Positions 47,188-56,610 are shown, counted from the stretch's first letter. The stretch is 64,000 nucleotides of DNA from a bacterium (GCA_963675295.2 CAXXKJ010000002.1:2816001-2880000); one strand, 5' to 3'. The notes: generated from the sequence alone by a model not told the origin. Translations and numbers: made by a program.

Positions 47188-47891
47188 GACCGCACCTCAC
47201 GGTCGTCATCTTCGTCGGGTCCGGACTCACCGGCAGGTTTATTCACCTCCGATTCGTCGCTCTCTTCCACCCCACGCGCCGCTTCGCCTACTGCGTAGTC
47301 AGTCGCGTCGGACTCGAATCGTGGCGCGTCGGTGAGGGTGACGCCGTCCGCCGAGACCAGCGAGTCCGGAACGTTGACCTCAACGGTTCCATCGCCCGCG
47401 TCTGCCTCCTCCTCTGGACGCTTGACGAACAGCATCATCAGGATCAGCAGCACGACACCCACCGACACCGCGGAGTCCGCGATGTTGAACACCGGCCAGC
47501 GGTCCATCATGAAATCGGGCAGGTCAACGTCGATGAAGTCGACGACGTAGCCGTACACGAGCCGGTCGTAGGTATTGCCAATCGCTCCGCCGAGGATTGC
47601 GGCGAGGATCCAGCGTGTCGGCACGTCCTTCGGCGGCGTGCGCAACAGCACGAACAGGATTACGAACACGGCGACGATCGAGATGTAGCCGAGCACGACT
47701 CCGCCGGTCAGTTTCATCCCGAACGCCATGCCGTAGTTGTGGACATAGGTCCAGCGCACGGCATCGCCGAGGAATGGGATCGAGTCGCCGAGATCCATCG
47801 TGTTGTCCACGATCTGCTTGGTCAGCCGGTCGAGGACAATGACGACAGCGGTCAAAATCAGTGGTAACCATGCTTGAGGGGAACGATTCAC
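47184..47891 (-). CDS. lspA: lipoprotein signal peptidase II with acidic C-terminal extension
   Basis: DRLTK, NYGMAFG, GGAIGNTYDR, VVDFI, FNIADS. Confidence 0.95.
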   Translation of the reverse strand: MNRSPQAWLPLILTAVVIVLDRLTKQIVDNTMDLGDSIPFLGDAVRWTYVHNYGMAFGMKLTGGVVLGYISIVAVFVILFVLLRTPPKDVPTRWILAAILGGAIGNTYDRLVYGYVVDFIDVDLPDFMMDRWPVFNIADSAVSVGVVLLILMMLFVKRPEEEADAGDGTVEVNVPDSLVSADGVTLTDAPRFESDATDYAVGEAARGVEESDESEVNKPAGESGPDEDDDREVRS

Positions 47892-48153
47892 GTTCTCACT
47901 CCAGTGTCAGGCGGGACTTCGCCCGAATCTGCCCGAAGAAAAGGCGTAATGTGCGGCGGTTCGGTGCTGAGTACAAGGGTTGCCGCTCCTGAATCCGGTC
48001 AATCGGCGATTCGTCAAATTCATCCGCAACTCTTGCGTTCCGGGCTTGCCGGCCTATCTTTGCAGGATGTTCTGCTTGCGCATGCGATCTGAAATGAAAC
48101 ACATTTGTTTTGCATTCATCGCATGGTAACGAATTTCACACGGAGGCTGCCCC

Positions 48154-49572
48154 TTGGACTTTCGCGCCCAAGCCGACCAGCTCGGCCGTATCCCCGACGG
48201 TCACACCCCGCTTGAAACGTACGAACCTGAACTTACCCTCGAACTGGACGCTTACGCTCCCTACATCGGCAACGAACGAGTCGAAGGGTTACGCCGTCTG
48301 GCGGACCCGCTACAGGGGAAAACGTGGGCGCATGTCAATTCCACCTTCGCCGGCGGCGGGGTCGCAGAAATGCTGTACAGCGTCATCCCGCTCGCGCGTT
48401 CGATGGGGATTGACGCACAGTGGTACTGCATCCGTGGGGATGATGCGTTCTTTGGTGTTACGAAGAAATTCCACAATACGTTGCAGGGGTTGACTCAGTA
48501 CGTCTCTCTCGAAGAGTTGTTCGACACCTATCTCGGGATGACCGACCGCAACGCGAAAGACACCTACATTTACGGCGACCTCGTCGTGGTGCACGATCCG
48601 CAGCCGGTTGGACTGCTGAACGCCGGCCGGATTTTCGGGAATGTGCTTTGGCGTTGCCACATCGACACCTCCAACCCCGATCCGGTGGTGTGGCGCTTCC
48701 TGCGGCCGTACATCAACCAGGCGGCGGGCGCGATTTTCACCCTGCCCGACTATGTCGGCCCCGGCCTCAATTTGCCGATCTACCAGGTGATGCCGTGCAT
48801 CGATCCGCTCGCGGAAAAGAACCGGCAATACACAGATGACGAAGCGCTCGAGATCCTCGGACCGCTGTTCAACGAGCACAATGTCGATCCGGAGCGTCCG
48901 ATCATCGCCGCGATCAGCCGCTACGATCCACACAAGAACCAGACCCGGATTTACGAATCGTTCAAGAAGCTGAAGCAGGAAAAGCAGTTCAAGAAACAGC
49001 CGTACCTGATCTTCATCGGCAACACCGCCAGTGACGATCCGGAAGGCGGCCAGATCCTGAAAATGCTGCGGGAGTCGGCGGACGGCGATCCGGATGTCCG
49101 TTTCTGGGTCAACGTCGAGAACAACAACCAGGTCATCGGCGCGATGATGCACCTCGCGGAGATGTTCGTCCACGTCTCGACCAAGGAAGGCTTCGGCCTC
49201 GTGGTCACCGAAGCGATGTGGCAGGGCACGCCGGTGATCGGCTCCAGCGCGGGTGGCATCACGCAGCAGGTGATCGATGGCAAGACCGGTTACGTCGTCG
49301 ATCCGCTCAGCCTCGAACAGATCAGCCACGCGATGGCGCGGGTGCTCGATAACCCGGACGAAGCCGCGGCGCTCGCCAAGCAGGGGCAGGAGCACATCCG
49401 CAGCAACTTCCTGCTGCCCGAACTGCTGCGCCGTTACTTTACCTTGATGCGCTATTATCTCGGTATCGACGACGTGATGCCGGATTTCCGTCTCAATCCG
49501 GAGATGACCGCGTCCGAGTGGATGCAGGGCTTCCGGCGAACGAGTGTGCTGGTGAACGAAACGGGGAAATAG
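48154..49572 (+). CDS. treT: trehalose synthase-type GT4 glycosyltransferase
   Basis: HVNSTFAGGGVAEML, VTKKFHNTLQG, VHDPQP, WRCHID, SRYDPHK, EGFGLVVTEAMW. GGAGG RBS with TTG start. Confidence 0.85.
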   Translation: MDFRAQADQLGRIPDGHTPLETYEPELTLELDAYAPYIGNERVEGLRRLADPLQGKTWAHVNSTFAGGGVAEMLYSVIPLARSMGIDAQWYCIRGDDAFFGVTKKFHNTLQGLTQYVSLEELFDTYLGMTDRNAKDTYIYGDLVVVHDPQPVGLLNAGRIFGNVLWRCHIDTSNPDPVVWRFLRPYINQAAGAIFTLPDYVGPGLNLPIYQVMPCIDPLAEKNRQYTDDEALEILGPLFNEHNVDPERPIIAAISRYDPHKNQTRIYESFKKLKQEKQFKKQPYLIFIGNTASDDPEGGQILKMLRESADGDPDVRFWVNVENNNQVIGAMMHLAEMFVHVSTKEGFGLVVTEAMWQGTPVIGSSAGGITQQVIDGKTGYVVDPLSLEQISHAMARVLDNPDEAAALAKQGQEHIRSNFLLPELLRRYFTLMRYYLGIDDVMPDFRLNPEMTASEWMQGFRRTSVLVNETGK

Positions 49573-49577
49573 ACTGC

Positions 49578-49612
49578 GGGCTCTGGGCTCTGGGCTCTGG
49601 GCTCTGGGCTCT
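49578..49612 (+). repeat. (GGGCTCT)5 heptamer tandem repeat
   Basis: Five exact copies 5 bp after the treT stop; same unit as 21009-21036. Confidence 0.95.
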
Positions 49613-49621
49613 GGAAATATG

Positions 49622-49702
49622 TGGCCGTGTCTGTTTACAGACGCGGCCATGTTGCTCACGGATCAATAGAATCGGGGACACTTTCGGGTGAAAGTGTCCC
49701 CG
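49622..49702. terminator. two hairpins between convergent treT and gdh
   Basis: TGGCCGTGTCTG-TTTA-CAGACGCGGCCA and CGGGGACACTTTC-GGGT-GAAAGTGTCCCCG. Confidence 0.65.
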
Positions 49703-49706
49703 TTGA

Positions 49707-49762
49707 AACTCACCACTCATAGCTCAGAGCTCAGAGCTCACAGCTTACAGCTCACCACTCAC
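49707..49762 (-). repeat. eight degenerate heptamers (plus-strand consensus AGCTCAC/G)
   Basis: AACTCAC CACTCAT AGCTCAG AGCTCAG AGCTCAC AGCTTAC AGCTCAC CACTCAC, 1 bp from the gdh stop codon. Confidence 0.9.
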
Positions 49763-49763
49763 A

Positions 49764-51119
49764 TCACGCGTACAGCCCGCGCATTTCCGCCGCGCGTGTC
49801 ACACGTTCGATCGCGACGATGAATGCCGCGGTGCGCATGTTGACATCGTACTTCTTGCTCGTCTGGTAGACCGCCTCGAACGCATGGTCCATGTAGCGCT
49901 TGAGGTCCATGAAGATGTGGTCGGCGTCCCAGTAGTACCCCATCCGGTTCTGCACCCATTCGAGGTAGCTGACGGTCACGCCGCCGGCGTTGCAAAGGAT
50001 GTCCGGAATCAGGAAGACACCGTTGTTCGAGAGGATCGCGTCCGCTTCCGGCGTGCACGGCCCGTTCGCGGCTTCGGCGATGATCTTCGCCTTGACCTGG
50101 CCGGCGTTCGTCTCGGTGATCTGGTTTTCCAGCGCTGCCGGGACGAGGATGTCGACCACTTCGGTCAACAGATCGTTGGCGTCGTTGTACTTGGTGACGT
50201 TCGCCGCCGGATTGTTCTCGAAACCCTTAAGCGTTTTGTTTTCCTTGATGTGTGCGAGTGCGATCTGCGGATCGATACCGGCAGGATCGTTGCTGACGAA
50301 ACCGCCGGACACATCACTGATCGCCTTGATCACGGCACCATGGCCCTTGAGCAAGACGGCGGCGTTGGACCCGGCGTTACCAAAGCCCTGAATCGCGACG
50401 GTCGCGCCTTCGAGCTTCATGCCGAGCACATCGACGGCCTGCAGGATGGTGAAGGTGACGCCCTGTGCGGTCGCGGTGACACGTCCCTCGCTGCCGCCGA
50501 GTTCGAGCGGCTTGCCGGTAACGACGGCCGGCATGTAGTCACCCTTGTGCATGCTGTAGGTGTCGAGGAACCACGCCATCACCTGCGGGTTGGTATTGAC
50601 GTCCGGTGCGGGCACATCACGGTCCGGGCCGAAGATGTCAATCATCTCAGCGAAGTAACGGCGGGCAAGGCGTTCCATCTCAGACTGGCTCATCTCGGAC
50701 GGATCACAGATCACGCCGCCCTTGCCGCCGCCCATCGGGATGCCGACGACGGCGCACTTGAACGTCATCCAGAACGACAACGCCTTGACTTCATCGAGGT
50801 CGACCTGCGGGTGGAACCGGACACCGCCCTTGGCCGGGCCGCGCGCGATGTTGTGCTGCACACGGTAGCCCTTGAACACCTTGATGTTGCCGTCGTCCAT
50901 CCGGATCGGCAACTTGACTTCGATCACTCGCCGCGGTTGCTGAATCATCGCGATCTGATCGCTGCTCAGTTTCAGGTGCTGAGCCGCGTCGTCGAACTGC
51001 TGCAATGCGTTCTGGAACACGGATTTACGGTCCGCGGAATGCATTTCTTCCAGGATGTTCTCGTACTGCTGATCCTGCCGCGCGCCGGAGATCGGGGTTT
51101 TCGCCCGCTTCTCAGCCAT
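49764..51119 (-). CDS. gdhA: Glu/Leu/Phe/Val dehydrogenase (glutamate dehydrogenase)
   Basis: GPAKGGVRFHP, MTFKCA, GGGKGG, DVPAPDVNT, TGKP, QGFGNAG, EAANGP, NAGGVTVSYLEW. Confidence 0.95.
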   Translation of the reverse strand: MAEKRAKTPISGARQDQQYENILEEMHSADRKSVFQNALQQFDDAAQHLKLSSDQIAMIQQPRRVIEVKLPIRMDDGNIKVFKGYRVQHNIARGPAKGGVRFHPQVDLDEVKALSFWMTFKCAVVGIPMGGGKGGVICDPSEMSQSEMERLARRYFAEMIDIFGPDRDVPAPDVNTNPQVMAWFLDTYSMHKGDYMPAVVTGKPLELGGSEGRVTATAQGVTFTILQAVDVLGMKLEGATVAIQGFGNAGSNAAVLLKGHGAVIKAISDVSGGFVSNDPAGIDPQIALAHIKENKTLKGFENNPAANVTKYNDANDLLTEVVDILVPAALENQITETNAGQVKAKIIAEAANGPCTPEADAILSNNGVFLIPDILCNAGGVTVSYLEWVQNRMGYYWDADHIFMDLKRYMDHAFEAVYQTSKKYDVNMRTAAFIVAIERVTRAAEMRGLYA

Positions 51120-51398
51120 CGCTTCACCTCGTTTCTGTTGGAATGTCATCTCATGCCCTGAATAAAGGATACGGGCATATGCTGCATGTTTCAAAGGGCG
51201 GAAAGGTCATCTTTTCTCCATTCAAACGCAAGAGTTCAGGGAGAAAAACTCAAAATGAACAAGTACAGCTAACTTGCAGATATCTCAACAGTTCAGACGA
51301 GACAGGGAGACGGTCAGGCATCGGTTTGGCTCGGGCTGGTGGTTGCGAGATTGTGCTGAAGTTCACTACGTTCGCCAACCACCAACCGTGAGGAGAAC

Positions 51399-51818
51399 AT
51401 GTTCCGCTACGAATTGGATCAGCACCGCAAGATCATGGTTCTGGTCGTCCATGGCACCCAGGACGGCTGGGAAGGCAAAATGATGATAGATGGCTGGAAG
51501 CTGCACGTTCCGAAAATCGACAGTGACTGGAAACTGATTCTCGATCTTGGCGAATATGTCAGTCCGCACGGGTACGCGGAGAAGGAACAGCGCCGGCTGG
51601 CTTCGATGATTGCGTCACAGAATCTGGCGAAAAAGATGTTGGTTCGTGCCGTGCGTAACGAAGTGAACGCTCCGTTTACGGAGGGGATCTCGTACGACGA
51701 ACATCCGGATTTTCTTTCGGCTTGGCGCAACGCGGGAGGAGACTCCCGAGACACCCTCATCCCCGCCCCTGCGGATGGCTCCCATTACCCGGCCAACAAT
51801 GCCCCGCCTCGCGGGTGA
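51399..51818 (+). CDS. hypothetical protein, possibly STAS/SEC14 (SpoIIAA-like) fold
   Basis: GAGGAG RBS, downstream terminator, alpha/beta pattern with LILDLGE. Fold call is inference only. Confidence 0.65.
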   Translation: MFRYELDQHRKIMVLVVHGTQDGWEGKMMIDGWKLHVPKIDSDWKLILDLGEYVSPHGYAEKEQRRLASMIASQNLAKKMLVRAVRNEVNAPFTEGISYDEHPDFLSAWRNAGGDSRDTLIPAPADGSHYPANNAPPRG

Positions 51819-51842
51819 AGTTTAGGACTGTCTAAATTCCCT

Positions 51843-51870
51843 TCCGCGCCGGAGTTCGGCGCGGATTTTT
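51843..51870 (+). terminator. intrinsic terminator
   Basis: TCCGCGCCG-GAGTT-CGGCGCGGA followed by TTTTT. Confidence 0.8.
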
Positions 51871-52096
51871 ATTGACAACGGCATATAAGTTTTTCTTTAT
51901 TGAAACACCGAAAAGTAGGCTCGGGAGACGCCTCTTTTTTCGTATTACAGTATTCGGTTTCTTGGGGAAACAAAGTTTCACTAGTTATATTCTCTCAAGC
52001 CGTAATTCGGAAAACAGCCGATGACCGTTCACTGTCCGTCTGTGAATTTGCTTGTACGCGGTCACGTTTCAGCGCGGGGCGGATTAGGGAGGAAGC

Positions 52097-52717
52097 ATGG
52101 TGACGCGTCGTAGAAAAGACACAGAGCGTTTTACCACAGGCCAAATCGCGAGGCATTGCCACGTGACGCCGGAGACGGTGGCCAACTGGATCAAGGCCGG
52201 CCGGCTCAAGGCGAGTGCCACCCCGGGTGGACACTATCGCGTGAACGTGAATGATCTCGTTCGATTTTGCAAGTTGCACGGGTTCGAGGTTCCGCCGGAG
52301 TGGGAAAGCGGAGCAACTCCACCGACCGTGTTGATCATTGATGATGATCCGGAACTGCTGAAGGCGTTGATTCCAAATCTGGAACGCAGCGACCGGCGTG
52401 TGCTTGGCGCGGAAGACGTCGCCCAAGCCGGCATTATGCTGATGAAGTATCGTCCTGAAGTGGTCATCCTTGACCTGCACCTCCCCGGTACCGACGGCAT
52501 CCGTATCGCGTCGATACTGCGCAAGGAGGCGGAGTTGACCGGAACTCGGATCATCGTTCTGTCTGGATACATCGATGAGGTTGTGCAGGAGGCGATGAAA
52601 GACCTGCACGTGGATTACTACATCAACAAGCCGCCGGACTTCGAGCGTCTGGACGCCATTGTGTCCGAATTGCTGGCCTCCAACTCCCCGCTCGAGTTGG
52701 AAACCCGCGACCGCTGA
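52097..52717 (+). CDS. response regulator with N-terminal excisionase/MerR-like HTH and C-terminal receiver domain
   Basis: FTTGQIARHCHVTPETVANWIKAGRL...TPGGHYRV; VLIIDDD, VILDLHLPG, VLSG, INKP. Confidence 0.92.
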   Translation: MVTRRRKDTERFTTGQIARHCHVTPETVANWIKAGRLKASATPGGHYRVNVNDLVRFCKLHGFEVPPEWESGATPPTVLIIDDDPELLKALIPNLERSDRRVLGAEDVAQAGIMLMKYRPEVVILDLHLPGTDGIRIASILRKEAELTGTRIIVLSGYIDEVVQEAMKDLHVDYYINKPPDFERLDAIVSELLASNSPLELETRDR

Positions 52718-52881
52718 TTAACCCATCCTAATGGCCGTCGTCCCTGCGATGGCTGTTTTGCTTCCTGATTTGACTGGGTTGCGCCATGGGAATACATTCC
52801 ATGGCGCGATCGGCTCGGTACAGACGCACTTGCGCCGGGTTGAATTTCTGTCCATTCCGCAGCATGGAGAATGAACTCACC

Positions 52882-54396
52882 TTGTTCAGCAAAATCCTGA
52901 TTGCCAATCGTGGTGAAATTGCTGTACGCGTGATCCGTGCGTGCCAGGAGCTTGGCGTGCGTACGGTAGCGGTGTATTCGGAAGTTGACCGCAACGCGAT
53001 GCACGTTCACCTCGCCGAGGAAGCGTGGTTGATCGGCCCCGCACCAGCATCCGAGAGTTACCTGCGTGGTGACAAGATCATCGAGGTCGCCAGAGAGTCG
53101 GGCGCCGAAGCGATTCACCCGGGGTACGGTTTCCTCTCGGAAAACGCCGAGTTCGCGGAAGCTGTTGAGGCGGCGGGCCTGGTCTGGATCGGCCCACCCC
53201 CGAACGCGATCCGCTCGATGGGATCTAAAACCGAAGCACGCCGAATCATGATGGGCTCGGGCGTGCCGGTGGTTCCGGGCACCGAAAGCGGCATTGAGGA
53301 CATGGACGAGGCGGTCGAGACAGCCAAGTCCATTGGCTTCCCGGTGCTGATTAAAGCGGCGATGGGCGGCGGCGGCAAAGGCATGCGTGTGGTGCGGGAG
53401 GAAAAGGATCTCGTGCCTGCGATCAAAGCAGCGAAGCGGGAATCGCTGCACGCATTCGGCAGCGAGCTGGTCTACCTGGAACGGTACCTGGAACGCCCGC
53501 GTCACATCGAGATCCAGGTCTTCGCCGACAATTTCGGCAACACGATTCACCTTGGTGAACGTGAATGCTCGATCCAGCGGCGGCATCAAAAGGTCGTGGA
53601 AGAATCACCGAGCCCGGTTGTCACGCCGGAGCTGCGTGCAAAGATGGGCGCGTCCGCGGTGGAAGCGGCCAAGGCGGTGAACTACCGCAACGCCGGCACC
53701 GTCGAGTTCCTCGTCGATCAGGATCTCAGCTATTATTTCCTCGAGATGAACACGCGCCTGCAGGTGGAGCATCCGGTTACGGAGATGGTCACCGGCATCG
53801 ACCTCGCGCAACTTCAGATCCGCACTGCAGCAGGCGAGAAGCTGCCGTACACGCAGGATGATATCCGCATGGACGGCCACGCCATCGAGGTGCGCATCTA
53901 CAGCGAGGACAGCCTCAATGGGTTCGTGCCGGATACCGGCAAGCTGCGTTATCTGCGGCCGCCGGACGGTTACGGCATTCGTGAGGACAGCGGCGTGCGT
54001 GAGGGCGACACGATCACCATCCATTACGACCCGATGATCAGCAAGCTGATCGCGTGGGCGCATGACCGCCCCACCGCAATCCAGCGGATGAACCGGGCGT
54101 TGCGCGAGTACCGGATTACGGGGGTGCGGACGACGATCCCATTTGGACGACTGGTGATGAACAGCGAAGCGTTCCAGAACGGCAATTTCGATACCTCGTT
54201 CATCGACCGCGAGTTTGAGGTCGAGGTGCTGGAGAAACGGGAAAAGGCATGGGAACCGATCGCGGCTCTTGCAGCGGCGTGGTATCGTCATCATGAACAC
54301 GGCAAGGGCCGGCATGAGGGCGACCGGCATCACGTCGAAGTCAGTTCGGGATCGTGCAATTGGAAATTCAGCGGACGCAAGCAGGCACAACGATGA
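52882..54396 (+). CDS. accC: biotin carboxylase subunit of an acyl-CoA carboxylase (AccC/PccA-like)
   Basis: KILIANRGEIA, HPGYGFLSEN, GGGGKGMR, RECSIQRRHQK, EMNTRLQVEHPVTE, YDPMISK. Start either 52864 ATG or 52882 TTG. Confidence 0.93.
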   Translation: MFSKILIANRGEIAVRVIRACQELGVRTVAVYSEVDRNAMHVHLAEEAWLIGPAPASESYLRGDKIIEVARESGAEAIHPGYGFLSENAEFAEAVEAAGLVWIGPPPNAIRSMGSKTEARRIMMGSGVPVVPGTESGIEDMDEAVETAKSIGFPVLIKAAMGGGGKGMRVVREEKDLVPAIKAAKRESLHAFGSELVYLERYLERPRHIEIQVFADNFGNTIHLGERECSIQRRHQKVVEESPSPVVTPELRAKMGASAVEAAKAVNYRNAGTVEFLVDQDLSYYFLEMNTRLQVEHPVTEMVTGIDLAQLQIRTAAGEKLPYTQDDIRMDGHAIEVRIYSEDSLNGFVPDTGKLRYLRPPDGYGIREDSGVREGDTITIHYDPMISKLIAWAHDRPTAIQRMNRALREYRITGVRTTIPFGRLVMNSEAFQNGNFDTSFIDREFEVEVLEKREKAWEPIAALAAAWYRHHEHGKGRHEGDRHHVEVSSGSCNWKFSGRKQAQR

Positions 54397-54923
54397 CGGC
54401 AAACGAACAGCACAACAGCTACCGTGTGGAAGTGAACGGCAACGCCTACCTCGTCACGTTTCTCGATGATGGACAGGTCCAATTTGAGGACTTGACGGTG
54501 ACTGCTGACATCACGGAAAATGAAACTCGCGACCATTTCTCCCTGATTTTGAACAAGGAGAGTTTCATGCTGGGCGTGGAACCCTCCGGTGAACCGAACC
54601 GGTTCAAAGTGCACGCCGGCGGGTATGACTTCGACATCGACGTGCTCGCCAGCCGGGAAGCCTATTTGCAGGAATATCTCAAGGCGGCCGGAGTGGGCAA
54701 GAAGGAAGGCAAGGTCAAGGCGACGATGCCCGGACTGATCCGTCAGATCGAGGTCAAGGAAGGCGACACGGTTGCTGCGGGTGATGGCGTGCTGATCATG
54801 GAAGCGATGAAAATGGAGAACGAGATCAAAACACCGATCTCCGGTGTCGTTACCAAGATCGGGGTACAGGAAGGAGAGGCTGTTGAGAAGGGTGCGTTTC
54901 TGTTTGAGGTTGAGGCGTCCTGA
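54393..54923 (+). CDS. biotin carboxyl carrier protein with N-terminal BT-like domain
   Basis: ATMPG...EAMKMENEI; ATGA overlap with accC. Confidence 0.92.
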   Translation: MTANEQHNSYRVEVNGNAYLVTFLDDGQVQFEDLTVTADITENETRDHFSLILNKESFMLGVEPSGEPNRFKVHAGGYDFDIDVLASREAYLQEYLKAAGVGKKEGKVKATMPGLIRQIEVKEGDTVAAGDGVLIMEAMKMENEIKTPISGVVTKIGVQEGEAVEKGAFLFEVEAS

Positions 54924-55120
54924 CCGCATTCCGGCTTGATTCCACGCGTACATCTGTGCGTTCAACCATCGCGCCGCCGTCCACAAAACTGGACTCAGGT
55001 CGCGGTGGTTTTCTTTGTCTGCGTGTTGACAAATCCAGCCCGCAAGCGCTCATTTGCCGGTGCGGACGAGGGGGTCCGTGACGTTTTCAACGTGGAATTC
55101 CTGGATAAGGAGATACGGAG

Positions 55121-55321
55121 ATGTTGTACGAAGAAATCGGTACTGCGGCAGGAGTTGTCTGGCGTTTCCTTGAGCAGAATGGACCGGCGACGGCGTCGCG
55201 CATCAAGAAGGATGTGCCGCTGCCCCCGGGCATGGTCGATCGTGCAATCGGATGGCTCGCGCGAGAAGAGAAGATTGAAGTTGATGGCAACGGCCGGAAC
55301 GTCGAGTTCAAGACGAAGTGA
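55121..55321 (+). CDS. small winged helix-turn-helix protein (DUF2582-like)
   Basis: IGTAAGVVWRFL...AIGWLAREEKI signature; AAGGAG RBS. Confidence 0.85.
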   Translation: MLYEEIGTAAGVVWRFLEQNGPATASRIKKDVPLPPGMVDRAIGWLAREEKIEVDGNGRNVEFKTK

Positions 55322-55322
55322 T

Positions 55323-55425
55323 GGCAGTTCTCAGTGGTCAGTACTCAGTTGTCACTGAACACCAAAGCCGCGTTTGCCCTTGAACGCGGCTTCTTTGACT
55401 CATCACTCTTAACTCATCACTCCCG
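55323..55425. repeat. opposed heptamer arrays flanking a bidirectional terminator
   Basis: GGCAGTT CTCAGTG GTCAGTA CTCAGTT GTCACTG (55323-55357); hairpin AAGCCGCGTT..AACGCGGCTT (55365-55392); ACTCATC ACTCTTA ACTCATC ACTCCCG (55398-55425). Confidence 0.8.
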
Positions 55426-55426
55426 A

Positions 55427-56533
55427 CTACCATTTCACCTTCCACCCCGGCAGTTCGACGAGCTTTGCCAGGAGCTCGGCCGCCTCAGCGTCAAGGCGAT
55501 CCGGAAACTGTGTGCGAACACGCAGCATGATGTCGCCTCGGGTGCCGTCGGCCTTCTTCAACCCTTGTCCGGTCAGCTTTAACGCCTTGCCCTGAATCAC
55601 CGCCGGGTTGAGTTTCACCTTGCGGACGCCGTCCGGGGTTGGCACCTCGACGACACTCCCCCCCAGCGCCTCGAGCAGGTTGACGTCCAAGGTGATCTGC
55701 AGGTTATCGCCGTCGCGGGCGTACCCGCTGTCCTTCGATTCCTTCAGCCGGACAATCAGGTCGCCGTTCTCGCCACCGAACGCGCCTTCGTGTCCCTGCC
55801 CCTTGAGCCGGATATCCTGGTCCGGCTTTGATCCGGCGGGAATGGTGACACGGATCGACACGCGTTTCTTTGTCCGACCGTCGCCGTTGCACGTATCGCA
55901 GCGAACGAACTGAGAATACCCCGCACCCTCGCACTGCGGGCATGTGACGAAGATAGTCTTTCCGCCCTTGCTGGCCGGAATCTCCCCCAACCCGAGGCAG
56001 CGGTCACACTCCGCCCCGCGTCCACCGGGACGCACTCCAGCGCCGGAACAGCTGGCGCACACCACCTGCCGGGTCAACGTGAGCAGAAACTTCCCGCCCT
56101 GCGCCAGCTGCAGCGGATTCAATTCCAGCTGCGTGTGCTGGTTCTTGCCGCGCTGCGGACGTGGCGCTCCCCCACCTCCCCCCGCGCTTTCACGGTTGAA
56201 GATGCCGAAGCCGGATTGGAACGCCCGTTTCAGGATGACCTTGAAGCTCTCCCCTTCCTGCTGCACGTCCCGGGGTTTGGCCGCCTGGGCAGCGGCCTTC
56301 TGACTCATCTTGATGCCGTGGGAGGAATGGTATTCCATCCGCTTCTTCGGATCGGAGAGCACGGAATATGCTTCGCCGATTTTCTGGAAGCGTTCCTTGG
56401 CTTTCGTGTCACCGTGATGCAGGTCGGGATGGTACTTCTTCGCGAGTTTGCGGTATGCGGCGCGGATGTCATCCTGGGAGGCATCCGGCTGGATGCCGAG
56501 TTCGGTGTAGTAGTCGCGTCGTTTCGGGGTCAT
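55427..56533 (-). CDS. dnaJ: DnaJ-class chaperone with zinc finger
   Basis: J domain with HPD, four CxxCxGxG repeats, DnaJ C-terminal domain. Confidence 0.9.
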   Translation of the reverse strand: MTPKRRDYYTELGIQPDASQDDIRAAYRKLAKKYHPDLHHGDTKAKERFQKIGEAYSVLSDPKKRMEYHSSHGIKMSQKAAAQAAKPRDVQQEGESFKVILKRAFQSGFGIFNRESAGGGGGAPRPQRGKNQHTQLELNPLQLAQGGKFLLTLTRQVVCASCSGAGVRPGGRGAECDRCLGLGEIPASKGGKTIFVTCPQCEGAGYSQFVRCDTCNGDGRTKKRVSIRVTIPAGSKPDQDIRLKGQGHEGAFGGENGDLIVRLKESKDSGYARDGDNLQITLDVNLLEALGGSVVEVPTPDGVRKVKLNPAVIQGKALKLTGQGLKKADGTRGDIMLRVRTQFPDRLDAEAAELLAKLVELPGWKVKW

Positions 56534-56573
56534 GCCGCGTTCCGCTGGTTGCACGTTTGCAGCGGCAAGATAC

Positions 56574-56610
56574 GGAAAGAAAACGCCTTCGCGTTGTCAG
56601 CGAAGGCGTT
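56574..56610 (-). terminator. intrinsic terminator after flgM
   Basis: AACGCCTTCGC-N7-GCGAAGGCGTT followed by TTCTTT on the minus strand. Confidence 0.75.

Noticed and set aside
49578-49762. CRISPR array
   Set aside because: Units are 7-bp tandem repeats without unique spacers, and there are no cas genes.
52097-52290. Prophage excisionase
   Set aside because: The HTH is fused to a receiver domain and no phage genes are nearby.
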